Both the position numbers and the translations under genes were made by a program. 64,000 bases of DNA from Patescibacteria group bacterium. GTDB taxonomy: Bacteria > Patescibacteriota > Patescibacteriia > XYB2-FULL-38-15. This document shows, one piece after another, positions 49,101 through 58,172 of this stretch. The notes under the pieces were generated by a model. It was given only the letters and a program-made list of their open reading frames with translations. It had not been told where the DNA came from and made no database searches. Location: assembly GCA_041737355.1 (NCBI GenBank), contig JBGSRW010000007.1, positions 10,556-74,555 on the forward strand, read 5' to 3'. Positions within the stretch are counted from its first letter, which is position 1. Each line of letters begins with the position of its first letter.

Positions 49101-49288
49101 TTTCTTTCTACCTGAAAAGCGCCGACGAGACCGAACTTCTTAAAACTTTTTCTACCCCGACCGAATCTTCTTTCGTCTTCAAGTGGCAGACGGCTCCTCC
49201 GACCGGCGATTATGAAATATACGCCCAGTCAACCGACAAGGATGGCAACACGAGCAAAAGCTCCTCGATTTCCGTAACGGTGATGTAA
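46187..49288 (+). CDS. class A penicillin-binding protein (transglycosylase/transpeptidase) with long N- and C-terminal extensions
   Basis: GT51 motifs ('EDRTFYTHHGFD', 'GGSTITQQLVKN') and a transpeptidase SxxK/KTG region ('KTGTTND'). Start moved to the ATG at 46187. The C-terminal ~300 aa has Ig-like repeats. Confidence 0.85.
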   Translation: MSYLPGKIQSPKNWKEKPLRRLFKAGRNEEKNLAAEGSSERVDQKIEISRAKSLAEAAPRQENYIPPGIRFKKLSFNIFQKIISMAKNLRYRIRSRSRGQKINYNKIIGYGFAIFLSLTLVFGIIGVAALAWFSRDLPNPDKLLERQVAQSTKIYDRAGEHVLYEIYSDQKRTLVELSDIPDFMKQAVIVAEDRTFYTHHGFDLKGILRSVWLDIFHGQKVGGSTITQQLVKNAILSPEKTFTRKFKELALSIQLERKFSKDQILKMYFNEIPYGSTAYGISSAAQSYFGKNVKDLDLAEAALLAALPQAPTYYSPYGSHTDALLARQKYILDGMVEEGYIKKDEAEAAKQIDVLTKIVPKKESITAPHFVMYVKEMLTEKYGEKEVDQGGLRVYTTLDFDKQKFAEEAISENAEKNATKYNANNSALVSIDPKTGQILAMVGSKNYFGESEPENCIPGSNCLFEPNVNVALRPRQPGSSFKPIGYATAFQKGFSPETMLFDLVTTFKTDTKDYIPHNYDGKEHGPVSMRQALAGSLNIPAVKTMYLAGIDNVLNLAQAMGYTTLSDRSRFGLSLVLGGGEVKLLEHTAAFGVFATEGKLFPTTAILKVEDAKGQILEEWKEEEGKEVMSAQTARQIESIMSDDAARAYVFGAGGPLTLPGRPVGAKTGTTNDWRDGWTIGYTPSLVTGVWSGNNNNSEMKRGSDGVFVAAPIWNAYMKKALEGTPVERFTAPAPITTDKPVLKGEIGPETVVKIDKLSGKLATEFTPPTYIEEKKFREVHTILFYVNKNDPNGPPPEKPEADPQFAGWEAPIQKWAEEQGYAMDKQVPTDYDDIHLAEHKPAISLTSPENNVTWNVRQALASVSVFAPRGPISRVEYFVDGALLKTVFASPYSLDAVIPNAISNGFHTLRATVYDDIDNFNFSEITFNLLAPKLPPQINWLGPRNGARFYSTNFPLTVTADTPDFADIAEISFYLKSADETELLKTFSTPTESSFVFKWQTAPPTGDYEIYAQSTDKDGNTSKSSSISVTVM

Positions 49289-49300
49289 AATATCATAAAA

Positions 49301-50146
49301 ATGGAAAATTCTGTTTTAATTTATAGTCAAGAAAAACTAGAAAAAATAAAATTGGCCATTGCGAAAGACGGGCCGGAGAAATTTCACGTGCTTTCGGATT
49401 TCGATCGGACACTTTTGAAATCGTTTGTGGACGGACAAAAATCTCCGTCGGTGATTGCCCAAATCAGAAACGGAAAATTTTTAACGCCTGATTACGCGCC
49501 ACGAGCCCACGCTCTTTCTGATAAATATCGCCCGATGGAGCTTGACCCGATTTTGAACCGCGCAGAGAAATCCGCGGCTATGCACGAGTGGTGGAGCAAA
49601 CACTTTAATCTTTTAATTGAGTGCGGCCTCTCACGGCAGGTGATGCAAGAAATCGTGGCTACTAAAACTCTGCACTTCTGCGACGGCGCTCTGGAATTTA
49701 TTGATTTTTTGCACGAACATGAAATCCCGCTTATCATAATGAGCGGCGCACCGGGCGATATGATTGCTATGTATCTAGAGCAAGAAGGCCGGCTTTATGA
49801 CAACATTCATATCATCGCAAACTTTTTGGATTTCGATGCCACTGGGAAAATGCTTGGGGTAAAAGAACCGATTATCCATTCTCTGAACAAATATGAGATT
49901 ATTTTAAAAAATTTCCCGGTTTTTGAAACAATAAAAAATCGACACAACGTGCTTCTCTTGGGCGACAGCCTGGACGATGTCGGCATGGTAGAAGGGTTTG
50001 ATTATAAAAATTTATTAAAAATTGGTTTTTTGAATGAGGCGGTGAAAGAAAATTTGGAAAACTTTAAAAAAGCTTTTGACGTCGTCCTACTCGGTGATCC
50101 GGGGATGGACCACGCAAATACTTTGCTGCGCGAAATATTTATCTAA
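49301..50146 (+). CDS. HAD-superfamily hydrolase, pyrimidine 5'-nucleotidase (UMPH-1/cN-III)-like
   Basis: 'VLSDFDRTL' HAD motif I in a context that resembles cytosolic 5'-nucleotidase III. Recalled from memory. Confidence 0.45.
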   Translation: MENSVLIYSQEKLEKIKLAIAKDGPEKFHVLSDFDRTLLKSFVDGQKSPSVIAQIRNGKFLTPDYAPRAHALSDKYRPMELDPILNRAEKSAAMHEWWSKHFNLLIECGLSRQVMQEIVATKTLHFCDGALEFIDFLHEHEIPLIIMSGAPGDMIAMYLEQEGRLYDNIHIIANFLDFDATGKMLGVKEPIIHSLNKYEIILKNFPVFETIKNRHNVLLLGDSLDDVGMVEGFDYKNLLKIGFLNEAVKENLENFKKAFDVVLLGDPGMDHANTLLREIFI

Positions 50147-50155
50147 AAGCTGTTA

Positions 50156-50191
50156 TAAAAAAACACCCGGTGTGCGCCGGGTGTTTTTTTA
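50156..50191. terminator. bidirectional rho-independent terminator between convergent genes
   Basis: ACACCCGG-TGTGCG-CCGGGTGT hairpin flanked by an A-run and a T-run. Confidence 0.65.
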
Positions 50192-50205
50192 TAATATCCG
50201 TCTTC

Positions 50206-51354
50206 TTATTTTTTAATTGGCATGACGATGTAGAGGTAGTTTGCGCCTTCGGCTTTTGGCCGTAAGAGGCAGGGGCTTTCGCCCGAAGTGAGTTCAAGAG
50301 AAACCTCTTCTGTTTCCATCGCCCCTAGCCCGTCCAACAAATATCGGTAATTCAAAGTAATTTCATTGTTTTCTCCCTCAATTTCCGCTTCAAGTTTAAC
50401 TGTGTTTTCTCCAAACTGGGAATTGGCCGAAGAAAGAACGAGCTCGCCGCCCTTTTCTTTGCCTGGCTTAAAATCAAAAGCTACGTCAAAAATTCCCGGC
50501 TTGGCAAACAGACTTGCTGTTTTTATAACCCTAACCAAATCGTTGCGGTTAAAGGTCGCCCGGGTTTTCCAGCTTGAAGGAATAATTTGTTTGTAATCCG
50601 GATACTGGCCGTCGATAACCCTTGAGATCAAATCAACGCTGTTTAAGGAAAACAAGACCTGATTTTCGGCGAGATAGACTTTGAGAATATTCGGCGCTTC
50701 GGGATCTTCCGTGTCCCGGAAAACGGAAAGAATTCTTAGAACCTCCTGCATGGTGCGGGCCGGCACGATTACTTCACGGGTATTTTCGTTTTCCCCGCCG
50801 GCAAGCTCTACGCTCTTCTCTGCCAGTCTGTAGCTGTCGGTTGCCGCCACGGTAACCCGCTTCTTTGTTCCGTCAAAACGCAGAAGTATCCCGCTTATCT
50901 CCGGCCTGATTTCGTTAGTCGAAGTGGCAAAAATAACCTGGTTGATCGCCTCCCTGAATTTTCCAACATCAACACCGTAGGCCGAGTCTTTACTAATCTC
51001 CGGAATTAAAGGAAACTCCGCGGTGGCAGCGCCCCTTATTTTTGTTTCAAAATTTTTACATTTTATTTCCAACGTCTGGTCTTTTAACTCAAGGTCGATT
51101 TTTTCGTTTGGCAAAGACCCGACGTAATCGGCAAAAAGTTTAGCCGGCAAAGTAATCGCCCCATCCCCGTCTATTTTTCCCCGGACTCCGCATTTTATAC
51201 CGATTTCAAGGTTTGTGGCGAGAAGAGTAATTACTCCGCCCTCTGCCCTAAAAAGAACGTTGTTTAAAATTGGTAAATTAACATTCTTGCTCGCGATATG
51301 GCTGGAAATTAAAAGTCCGCGGTTTAGGTTTTCTTGGGTGCAAGAAAGTTTCAT
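50206..51354 (-). CDS. dnaN: DNA polymerase III subunit beta (sliding clamp)
   Basis: 382 aa. 'ENLNRGLLISSHIASKNVNLPILNNVLF' is the typical DnaN N-terminus. Confidence 0.9.
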   Translation of the reverse strand: MKLSCTQENLNRGLLISSHIASKNVNLPILNNVLFRAEGGVITLLATNLEIGIKCGVRGKIDGDGAITLPAKLFADYVGSLPNEKIDLELKDQTLEIKCKNFETKIRGAATAEFPLIPEISKDSAYGVDVGKFREAINQVIFATSTNEIRPEISGILLRFDGTKKRVTVAATDSYRLAEKSVELAGGENENTREVIVPARTMQEVLRILSVFRDTEDPEAPNILKVYLAENQVLFSLNSVDLISRVIDGQYPDYKQIIPSSWKTRATFNRNDLVRVIKTASLFAKPGIFDVAFDFKPGKEKGGELVLSSANSQFGENTVKLEAEIEGENNEITLNYRYLLDGLGAMETEEVSLELTSGESPCLLRPKAEGANYLYIVMPIKK

Positions 51355-51593
51355 ATCAATACAATTTTATTTTTTAATTTTATATACTTAGTAATAATAA
51401 GCTTTTGTTTTTTTGTGGATAAGGGGTAAAAAGCTTTTAACAGAAAGAAATTTTGAAACCGCAACCTGTGGAAAATTTTTTGCAACCTGTGTATGGTTTT
51501 GGGGAGAGGGAGATTTAAAGGAATTTTATCCCCTGTTTAGAGATTTTTCTTCACAACCTTATCCACCCCCTTTTCCCCTTTTTGTCCGGAATT
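51355..51593. promoter_or_regulatory. candidate oriC (DnaA boxes + AT-rich DUE) in dnaA-dnaN intergenic region
   Basis: Perfect DnaA box TGTGGATAA at 51414-51422. 8/9 boxes at 51467-51475 and 51559-51567. 55 bp AT-rich stretch at 51355-51410. Direct repeat GCAACCTGTG twice, 21 bp apart. Confidence 0.5.
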
Positions 51594-52967
51594 TTAATTG
51601 CTGTAAAGACGTTGTTTGATTTGCTCGATTTCTTGTTTCAGGCGATCACTGGTTTCTATTTCGTTGGAGATTTTTTCGAAAGCATGCATCGCCGTTGTGT
51701 GGTCACGCCCGCCGAGCTCCTGGCCGATCGCCGGATAAGAACTTTGCAGTTCCTTGCGCATCAGATACATTATTATCTGGCGCGGGAAAGCGAGTCTTTT
51801 TTCCCGGCTCTGCCCGAGAAGTTCTTCAAGCTTCAGGTCGTAGAATTCGGCCACAAAATTGATAAGTTGTTTTGGGGTTGCGGATTTTCTTCCCAGGGCG
51901 ACCTGGGGAAGCAGGATGTTCTTGATAAGGTCAAGGCCGAGAGTAACATGCTGAAATTGCTGGTGGGCGATAATTTTATTTAAAGCTCCCTCAAGTTCGC
52001 GGATATTATTTTGGATGGCGGAGGCAATATAGTTGATAATATCCGAATCGAGGACGAGTTCTTTTTCAACGCATTTTGCTTTTAAAATGGCGATTCTTGT
52101 TTCATAATCCGGTTGGGAAATATCGGCGATCATTCCCCATTCAAAGCGGGAGATAAGCCTTTGTTCAAGGGCGGGAATGGCTTTGGGGGGCCGGTCTGAG
52201 GTCATGACAATTTGTTTGTCCGACTGATGAAGATCGTTGAAGGTATGGAAAAATTCCTGCTGGGTTCCGTCTTTCGCGGCCATAAATTGTACGTCGTCAA
52301 TTAAAAGGAGATCGGCGGAACGGTAATTCTGTTTGAATCTTTCCATGGTTCGGCCCTTGATTGCCTGGACATAATCGTTGGTAAACTTTTCGCTGGTTAT
52401 ATAAATAATTTTTTTGTTGGAGTCGGCGGCGAGAAGAGAATGGCCGATGGCCTGAAGAAGGTGGGTTTTCCCCAAGCCCACTCCCCCATAAATAAAAAGC
52501 GGGTTATAAGTGCTTTTACCCGGGTTATTTGCCACGGCTTGAGCCGCGGCATGCGCCAATTCGTTGTTTTTTCCGATGATAAAATTGGCGAAAGTATATT
52601 TAGGATTTAAACCGAATTTATTTTGAACCGATTCTTTTTTACACTCTTCGTTTCTCGGTTCAGCAACGCGAGAAGACGAGGAAACGGTCGCCGTTTCCAT
52701 TTTTTGGGTCTGGGGTTTTACCATTTCTACCCGATAAACAACTTCTTTGATTTGCGGCCCGACAAAATTTTGCAGGGATTTTAAGATTGATTGGTGATAC
52801 TTTTTTTCAAGCCACGCTTTGGTAAAAGTATTTGGGACGCTAATTAAAACCTTTGCTTCCTCGATACAAGAAACCGCGGTATTTTTAAACCAAGTCGTAA
52901 AATTGGCTTTACTCAAGTTTAGTTCCAGCTCGCCGAGCACTGCCTGCCAAAGTTGTTGGTTAGTCAT
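51594..52967 (-). CDS. dnaA: chromosomal replication initiator DnaA
   Basis: AAA+ 'GGVGLGKTHLLQAIG' motif and C-terminal DNA-binding domain 'IMYLMRKELQSSYPAIGQELGGRDHTT'. Confidence 0.95.
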   Translation of the reverse strand: MTNQQLWQAVLGELELNLSKANFTTWFKNTAVSCIEEAKVLISVPNTFTKAWLEKKYHQSILKSLQNFVGPQIKEVVYRVEMVKPQTQKMETATVSSSSRVAEPRNEECKKESVQNKFGLNPKYTFANFIIGKNNELAHAAAQAVANNPGKSTYNPLFIYGGVGLGKTHLLQAIGHSLLAADSNKKIIYITSEKFTNDYVQAIKGRTMERFKQNYRSADLLLIDDVQFMAAKDGTQQEFFHTFNDLHQSDKQIVMTSDRPPKAIPALEQRLISRFEWGMIADISQPDYETRIAILKAKCVEKELVLDSDIINYIASAIQNNIRELEGALNKIIAHQQFQHVTLGLDLIKNILLPQVALGRKSATPKQLINFVAEFYDLKLEELLGQSREKRLAFPRQIIMYLMRKELQSSYPAIGQELGGRDHTTAMHAFEKISNEIETSDRLKQEIEQIKQRLYSN

Positions 52968-53086
52968 ACGAGGAAGAGTTATGGTGGATTTGGATCACCT
53001 TTTCTAATATACCACAGAAACAGAGTCGATAAAATGGTCTGTAAAGAGGCAAAAAGTGAATAAGGTGTTGATGAGTTGGGGAAAAC

Positions 53087-53341
53087 TTATTTTAACGGGT
53101 CAAAGCCGCCTTTAGAAAAAGGATTACAGCGTAAAACCCGCCAAAAAGCCTTTATTCCCCCCACCCAAATACCGTATTTTTCGATTGCTGCGTAGCCATA
53201 TTCCGAACAAGTTGGGTGAAAACGGCAGAAACCATTGGGGAAAAGAAAGGAAAAGAAGCCGTGGTCAAAAGAAAGAGTTTTTTGGTAAAATTTGACGGTT
53301 TTGAGTACCGTCTTCCTGGCAATAACGGTGAAAATAGTCAT
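53087..53341 (-). CDS. yidD: membrane protein insertion efficiency factor YidD
   Basis: 'CRFHPTCSEYGYAAIEKYG' is the conserved YidD motif. Confidence 0.85.
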   Translation of the reverse strand: MTIFTVIARKTVLKTVKFYQKTLSFDHGFFSFLFPNGFCRFHPTCSEYGYAAIEKYGIWVGGIKAFWRVLRCNPFSKGGFDPLK

Positions 53342-53682
53342 TTACAAAGTATTTTGAAATAAGAAAGGCCGGCTAAAAGGTCTTTTTCCAGCGTTTGGTA
53401 TGTTTTTTCGGTTGCTCCCGGCAGGGCGGAAATGATCAGGTCATATCCGGGAGATATTTTTTTAAGATTTATCCCAACAATTTCCCGCAATTGCCTTTTT
53501 ATTTTATTCCGTTCAGTCGCTTTTTTGGAAATTTTGTTTCCTACCACGAAGCCAAAACGGGAAAGCTGCTTGCCGTTATTTAACAATTTAAATCCAAGTA
53601 TTTTTGTATAAAAAGACCGCCCAGATTTCCAGATTTTTTGGAAATCTTTGTCGCTTTGGAGGCGGTGCTGTTTGGGCAGCAT
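53338..53682 (-). CDS. rnpA: ribonuclease P protein component
   Basis: 114 aa basic protein beginning 'LPKQHRLQSDKDFQKIWKSG' with the 'KATERNKIKRQLRE' RNR-like motif. Overlaps yidD by 4 bp. Confidence 0.85.
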   Translation of the reverse strand: MLPKQHRLQSDKDFQKIWKSGRSFYTKILGFKLLNNGKQLSRFGFVVGNKISKKATERNKIKRQLREIVGINLKKISPGYDLIISALPGATEKTYQTLEKDLLAGLSYFKILCK

Positions 53683-53686
53683 AGAA

Positions 53687-53827
53687 CTAAACGGTCAGTT
53701 TTTTTCGGCCCTTGGCTCTTCTTCTTCTTAAGACGTTTCTGCCGCCCGGTTTTGCCATTCTTTTCAAAAATCCGTGCACTTTTTTGCGGCGAAGTTTTTT
53801 TGGCTGATAAGTTCTTTTGGTTGACAT
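53687..53827 (-). CDS. rpmH: 50S ribosomal protein L34
   Basis: Hand-translated 46 aa ORF that is absent from the supplied track: [46 protein letters not shown]. Confidence 0.85.
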   Translation of the reverse strand: MSTKRTYQPKKLRRKKVHGFLKRMAKPGGRNVLRRRRAKGRKKLTV

Positions 53828-53851
53828 AGCAGAGTTAATTATTTACATGGT

Positions 53852-54337
53852 TTAATTAAGTTTTTCTAAAATTTTTAATTCCAATTTGTCGGAAGATGTA
53901 TTATAGACCGCGAAAGTCGCCTTGAAAAACAATCCGGCTAGAGTTCCCGGGTTGGCAAGCCGTGTAACGCCGATTTTTTCTTCCCAGGGTTTATGGGTAT
54001 GGCCGTAAAACACGAGATTATAGTAGTTTTTTTTAGCTAATTCAAGAGCTTTTTCCGGAAAATGAGTAAAGGCAATTTTTTTGCCGTCGGCCACGATTTC
54101 TCCGTATTCCCCGCAGCATGTTGCCCGGGTTTTTCCAGCCAGTTCGGGGCCATCCGCGTTGCCCAGCGCGAAATTTATCTGTCCGGAAAAATTTTCCAGA
54201 ATAAAATCGAGCGTTTCGGGGCTTGCCATATCCCCGCAATGAATAATTTTTTTTATTTTTTCTTTGGCCAGCCAATCCAGCGCCTGTTTTAAGGTGGCAA
54301 GATTGTCGTGGGTGTCGGAAAAAATTGCTATTTTCAT
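53852..54337 (-). CDS. metallophosphoesterase (YfcE/MJ0936-like)
   Basis: 'IAIFSDTHDN...HCGDM...GHTH' calcineurin-like phosphoesterase motifs. Confidence 0.75.
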   Translation of the reverse strand: MKIAIFSDTHDNLATLKQALDWLAKEKIKKIIHCGDMASPETLDFILENFSGQINFALGNADGPELAGKTRATCCGEYGEIVADGKKIAFTHFPEKALELAKKNYYNLVFYGHTHKPWEEKIGVTRLANPGTLAGLFFKATFAVYNTSSDKLELKILEKLN

Positions 54338-54343
54338 CTTATT

Positions 54344-55624
54344 CTATTTTACGGCAAGTTCTTTCAGCAATTTAATGGTTTTTCTGTTTTTTATAACATT
54401 TTCCAGATACTGTTTTGATTCTTCGGAGCGGACTCTCTCGAGGAGGTCGGGTTCGTTTTTGTAAGCTTCGGCGAGATGCTCTACCTCGTGGTTTATTTCT
54501 TCTGTCGTCGCGGCAATTTTTTCGGTTAAGGCGACTTCCTTCACGACCAGAGCGGTCTTGATTCGTTCAACCGCCCGCGGCGCAAAATCAAGCATCAATT
54601 CTTTTTCGGTTTTTTTAATATTTTTCAGGTAGTCGGCGAAAGTAACCCCCTTTTCCGCCAGCCCGTCCTCAAGTTCGTGGACCATTTTATGAGCTTCGGA
54701 ATTGACCAGGGTTTCGGGGATATCGTCAAAGCGCGATTCGGCCACAATTTGCCTTAAAATCTCTCCTTCCAGGCGGAGATCTTCTTTGTTTTCCATTTCG
54801 GCGAGCAGATTTTCCCGGATAAGATTTTTAAGCTTGTCCAAAGATTCCTGGCCAAGAGTTTTGGCAAAAGCATCGTCAAGAGCCGGCGGCTGAAGTTCAA
54901 AAACGGAGGTAATTTTTATCTTAAAATCAACATTTTTTCCCGCGAGGTTTTTTTGGTAGTGTTCTTTGGGAAAAGGCAGGCAGAATTCCTTGCAGTCTCC
55001 AGCAGAAAGGCCGATAAGTTGTTCGGTAAGACCCGGGATATAATAGGTTTCGCTAAGATAAACTTCGTGATTTTTGGCCTGGCCTCCTTCGAGAGGAACT
55101 TTGTCGAGAAGCATGTCCATATCGAGGACAATTTTGTCTTCTTTTCTCGCCGGGCGGGATGCCAAAACTTCCTTGGTTTGCATTTTTTGTATTTCCTGCA
55201 AGGCTTGATCGACTTTTTTGTCTTCTACAGTGTTTTTTATTCTTGATACCTTTATTTTCCGGTAATCGCCGAGTTTTACCGAAGGGATAAGGGCTACCGA
55301 GGCCTTATAAACAAAGGCGTTTCCCGGAGCGAGTTTGACGACGGAAATTTCCGGTCCGCCGATTGTTTCGGCGTGTTCTTCTTTTATGAATTTAGGATAA
55401 GTTTTTTCAATCGCCAGTTCGGCCGCTTTTTCATAAATTGTCATTTCGCCGACTTTTTGTTTTAGAATTTCAAAAGGAACTTTTTCCGGGCGGAAACCGT
55501 CTATTTTCACTTCCTGAGCCAAAAACAGGGTGGCTTTTTCAAGATACGGCTTCATTTCTTCAACGGGAACCTCAACCTCAAGGATCAGGATATTTTTCTG
55601 TAGGGTTTTTGAATTTAACTGCAT
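54344..55624 (-). CDS. tig: trigger factor
   Basis: 426 aa with N-terminal ribosome-binding domain, central PPIase-like region and C-terminal domain organisation. Confidence 0.85.
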   Translation of the reverse strand: MQLNSKTLQKNILILEVEVPVEEMKPYLEKATLFLAQEVKIDGFRPEKVPFEILKQKVGEMTIYEKAAELAIEKTYPKFIKEEHAETIGGPEISVVKLAPGNAFVYKASVALIPSVKLGDYRKIKVSRIKNTVEDKKVDQALQEIQKMQTKEVLASRPARKEDKIVLDMDMLLDKVPLEGGQAKNHEVYLSETYYIPGLTEQLIGLSAGDCKEFCLPFPKEHYQKNLAGKNVDFKIKITSVFELQPPALDDAFAKTLGQESLDKLKNLIRENLLAEMENKEDLRLEGEILRQIVAESRFDDIPETLVNSEAHKMVHELEDGLAEKGVTFADYLKNIKKTEKELMLDFAPRAVERIKTALVVKEVALTEKIAATTEEINHEVEHLAEAYKNEPDLLERVRSEESKQYLENVIKNRKTIKLLKELAVK

Positions 55625-55766
55625 GATAAAAAATTACAAATTATTTGATAATTTTAGACTAAATACCTTTTTTTGTCAAAGGAAAAAGGGGAAATCCACA
55701 AAATATCCACAGGTGAGGAAAAATCCGAAAAAAAGACCCGCGATTTGGAGTCGCGGGGCCGGGTTT

Positions 55767-56093
55767 TTAGTCCGGATTTTCAGAGTAGGGGGTCTCGCAG
55801 TTAGGGCAATTACCCGCCCCGGGCGATGGGTCAGGGTAGCCGCAGCCGGGACAAAGCGTTGTTCCGGGAGAAACGGCGTCGAGCTCGGCCAGAGCTTCAG
55901 AAACCTCAAGGGTCAAACTGCTCTGGTGGGCCGTCCATCCATCGTAACAGACAATGCCGGTTTGTCGGTTGCGCTTGATGTGGATTGCCTGCTTGGCGCT
56001 TACGGCCAAGACGCGGCTGCCAACCGGCGTTCCCCCGCAATATACCTGCCACCTTGACCAGTTGGGATCTTCGAGCTTCCGTCTTTTGGCCAA
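55767..56093 (-). CDS. GC-rich hypothetical protein with C-terminal zinc-ribbon (CPGCG...CPNC)
   Basis: Only non-ATG (TTG) start is available, immediately after the upstream stop. About 63% GC. C4 zinc ribbon at the C-terminus. Confidence 0.3.
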   Translation of the reverse strand: MAKRRKLEDPNWSRWQVYCGGTPVGSRVLAVSAKQAIHIKRNRQTGIVCYDGWTAHQSSLTLEVSEALAELDAVSPGTTLCPGCGYPDPSPGAGNCPNCETPYSENPD

Positions 56094-56094
56094 A

Positions 56095-56364
56095 TCAGTC
56101 CGCCTTCTTTTCGGCAGGAGTTGCCTTGGTCTCGAACCACCGCTCGAGCTCCTTGAAGTAGGCCTCGGCCTTCCTGCCGATCGGCTTGTCCGGCGGCAGG
56201 TGCCTCGCTTCGCTCACCTGGCAAAGGCCATGCTCTTCGGCGATCATGCGGCCGAGAATTCCCAGCCGCGCCTTGAATTCCTTGTGGCATTCGAAGGTTT
56301 CGCCGAAAAGCTCGGCAATCACTCTCATTCGGGCGATTTTTTCGTAGAGTTTCCCTAGTTTCAT
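56095..56364 (-). CDS. GC-rich hypothetical protein (90 aa)
   Basis: ATG preceded by GGAGGAGG. Balanced composition compared with the junk-like antisense frames. Confidence 0.4.
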   Translation of the reverse strand: MKLGKLYEKIARMRVIAELFGETFECHKEFKARLGILGRMIAEEHGLCQVSEARHLPPDKPIGRKAEAYFKELERWFETKATPAEKKAD

Positions 56365-56513
56365 TTTCCTCCTCCCTCTGACGCACCCTTTTTGTGCCCA
56401 CATTTCAAGATAAGATATTTTTGTTTTTTTGTCAAGATTTAAAGAAAAAAAGAGGGGCGGACAATGCTTGGCTTGGTGCCTTACATCGCCCGCCCCGAAG
56501 GTCTGATTGGCCG

Positions 56514-56942
56514 CTAGCCGGTTTCGGCCAGACGGACCGTCGCGCGAAATGCGGCGGCGTCGAGGATGAAACCAAGCGCGCTAATCTTGCGCTCAGTTTC
56601 CCTGACATGCACGCGCTCCGTCTCGTTCCATTCCTCCTCGTCGGCCGAGAGGAGGTGGACGAGGTCCTCGGTGAGACCGCTGGTGAGCGCTTTGCGCTCG
56701 GTCTCGACCGAGACGAGATCCTCTTCGCTCATGGAGGAGCGGATCCAGGTCCGGGCCTCCTCGACCGGGTTCGTGCCGAGCATGGCCCGGACGGCGTCCT
56801 CGATCCAGGTCGGTCGCCAGTAGGCGCCGACCAGGCCGACCGCCATTGCCCGCTCGGTCGTGAAGGTCGACTTGGCCAGCTTTTCGGCCTCGGCCTTGAG
56901 CGCCTCATCACAACGGAATCCACCCAGAATCTCCTTGATCAT
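56514..56942 (-). CDS. GC-rich hypothetical protein (142 aa)
   Basis: ATG (MIKEILGG...) preceded by AGGAGGAG. About 62% GC. Confidence 0.4.
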   Translation of the reverse strand: MIKEILGGFRCDEALKAEAEKLAKSTFTTERAMAVGLVGAYWRPTWIEDAVRAMLGTNPVEEARTWIRSSMSEEDLVSVETERKALTSGLTEDLVHLLSADEEEWNETERVHVRETERKISALGFILDAAAFRATVRLAETG

Positions 56943-57143
56943 CCCTCTCCTCCTTGTTGAAATTATTATTGTTTTACCGCACAATATTCCGATTATGCAG
57001 CCTTTTAGTATATCTTAAGTCTGAGATTTTGTCAAGAGTTATTGACAGAATATAGTAAAATGACAAAAATAGCTATATATATGACGTTTTCGAATAATAA
57101 CAAAAAACGGCCCTTCCGGCCGTTTTTGATCTAGTTTTTAACC

Positions 57144-57752
57144 TTATTTCTTTATAATTTTATCGACAATTCCATACCTTAAAGCCTCTTCTGCGGTCAT
57201 AAAATAGTCGCGGTCAGTATCTTTTTCAATTTTTTCCCGCGGCTGGCCGGTATGTTTGGACAAAATTTCATTTAAGCGATCCCTGATCCGCAAAATGCGT
57301 TCCGCCCGGATTTTGATATCAACCGCCTGGCCTTCGGCGCCGCCCATAACTTGATGGATCAAAATTTCCGAGTTGGGCAGAGCGAATCTTTTGCCTTTTG
57401 CCCCGGCCGCTAAAAGCGTGGCCGACATGCTCGCGGCCAAACCAACGCAAATTGTGGAGACATCAGGTTCAATGTATTGGATGGTGTCGTAAATTGCGAG
57501 GCCTGCCGTCACCGAACCGCCCGGGCTGTTGATATATAATTTGATATCTTTTTCTTTGTCCTGGCTCGCTAAAAACAAAAGCTGGGCAATAACCGTGTTG
57601 GCTACCGCGTCGTCAACCGTGTCGCCCAAAAAGATAATCCGGTCCTTCAAGAGACGGGAATAAATATCGTAAGCCCGTTCCCCGTAAGTTGATTTTTCAA
57701 TTACGGTCGGGATTAAATGCTGGGAAGTTATCTCGTTATTTTTTATTGTCAT
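57144..57752 (-). CDS. clpP: ATP-dependent Clp protease proteolytic subunit
   Basis: '[18 protein letters not shown]' (Ser active site) and '[14 protein letters not shown]' (His). 202 aa. Confidence 0.92.
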   Translation of the reverse strand: MTIKNNEITSQHLIPTVIEKSTYGERAYDIYSRLLKDRIIFLGDTVDDAVANTVIAQLLFLASQDKEKDIKLYINSPGGSVTAGLAIYDTIQYIEPDVSTICVGLAASMSATLLAAGAKGKRFALPNSEILIHQVMGGAEGQAVDIKIRAERILRIRDRLNEILSKHTGQPREKIEKDTDRDYFMTAEEALRYGIVDKIIKK

Positions 57753-57779
57753 AATGTATTTTTTTCAGCGATTTAAAAT

Positions 57780-58142
57780 TTACGCCGCTTTTTTCTCGCG
57801 GATAGTTTCTCCGCCTTTCGGCCTTTCTTTTTTGATCCCCTTGGCCCTTTGCTTGTCTCTCGCCGCAGAGAGTCTATTATATTTTGTTTCTTTTAACAAT
57901 CTTTTTTCTTTTTCCGCCGCCGCATCCAGATCATCTTCAACGGCATGGGGCGGATTTTTTATCCCAGTTTCGTATCGGGCCGCGGCCTCATCGTGCAATT
58001 TCTTCCGGGCCTCTTCCTCTTCAGACAATTCCTCAGTGGGTTCTTCATCTATTTCGGGCGGCTCATTTTTATCTTCTCCACGTTTTCCTTCATAAAGTTT
58101 TCTCAGAAACTCTCCCTCCGGATTAAAAATTCCTCGCGGCAT
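57780..58142 (-). CDS. hypothetical highly charged protein
   Basis: 120 aa rich in K/E. Chosen over the overlapping plus-strand ORF because it shares the operon orientation and has protein-like composition. Confidence 0.3.
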   Translation of the reverse strand: MPRGIFNPEGEFLRKLYEGKRGEDKNEPPEIDEEPTEELSEEEEARKKLHDEAAARYETGIKNPPHAVEDDLDAAAEKEKRLLKETKYNRLSAARDKQRAKGIKKERPKGGETIREKKAA

Positions 58143-58172
58143 AAATTTAGGAATTAAGGTTTAGAAACTTGT

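Noticed and set aside
55530-56960. Plus-strand ORFs of 175, 134 and 188 aa and a minus-strand 133 aa ORF in the clpP-tig GC island
   Set aside because: Junk-like Arg/Gly/Pro composition and no RBS. The three chosen minus-strand frames have GGAGG sites or coupling and balanced composition.
57754-58095. Plus-strand 113 aa ORF overlapping the minus-strand charged protein
   Set aside because: Ser/Phe-rich low-complexity translation and opposite to the operon orientation. The minus frame was kept at low confidence.
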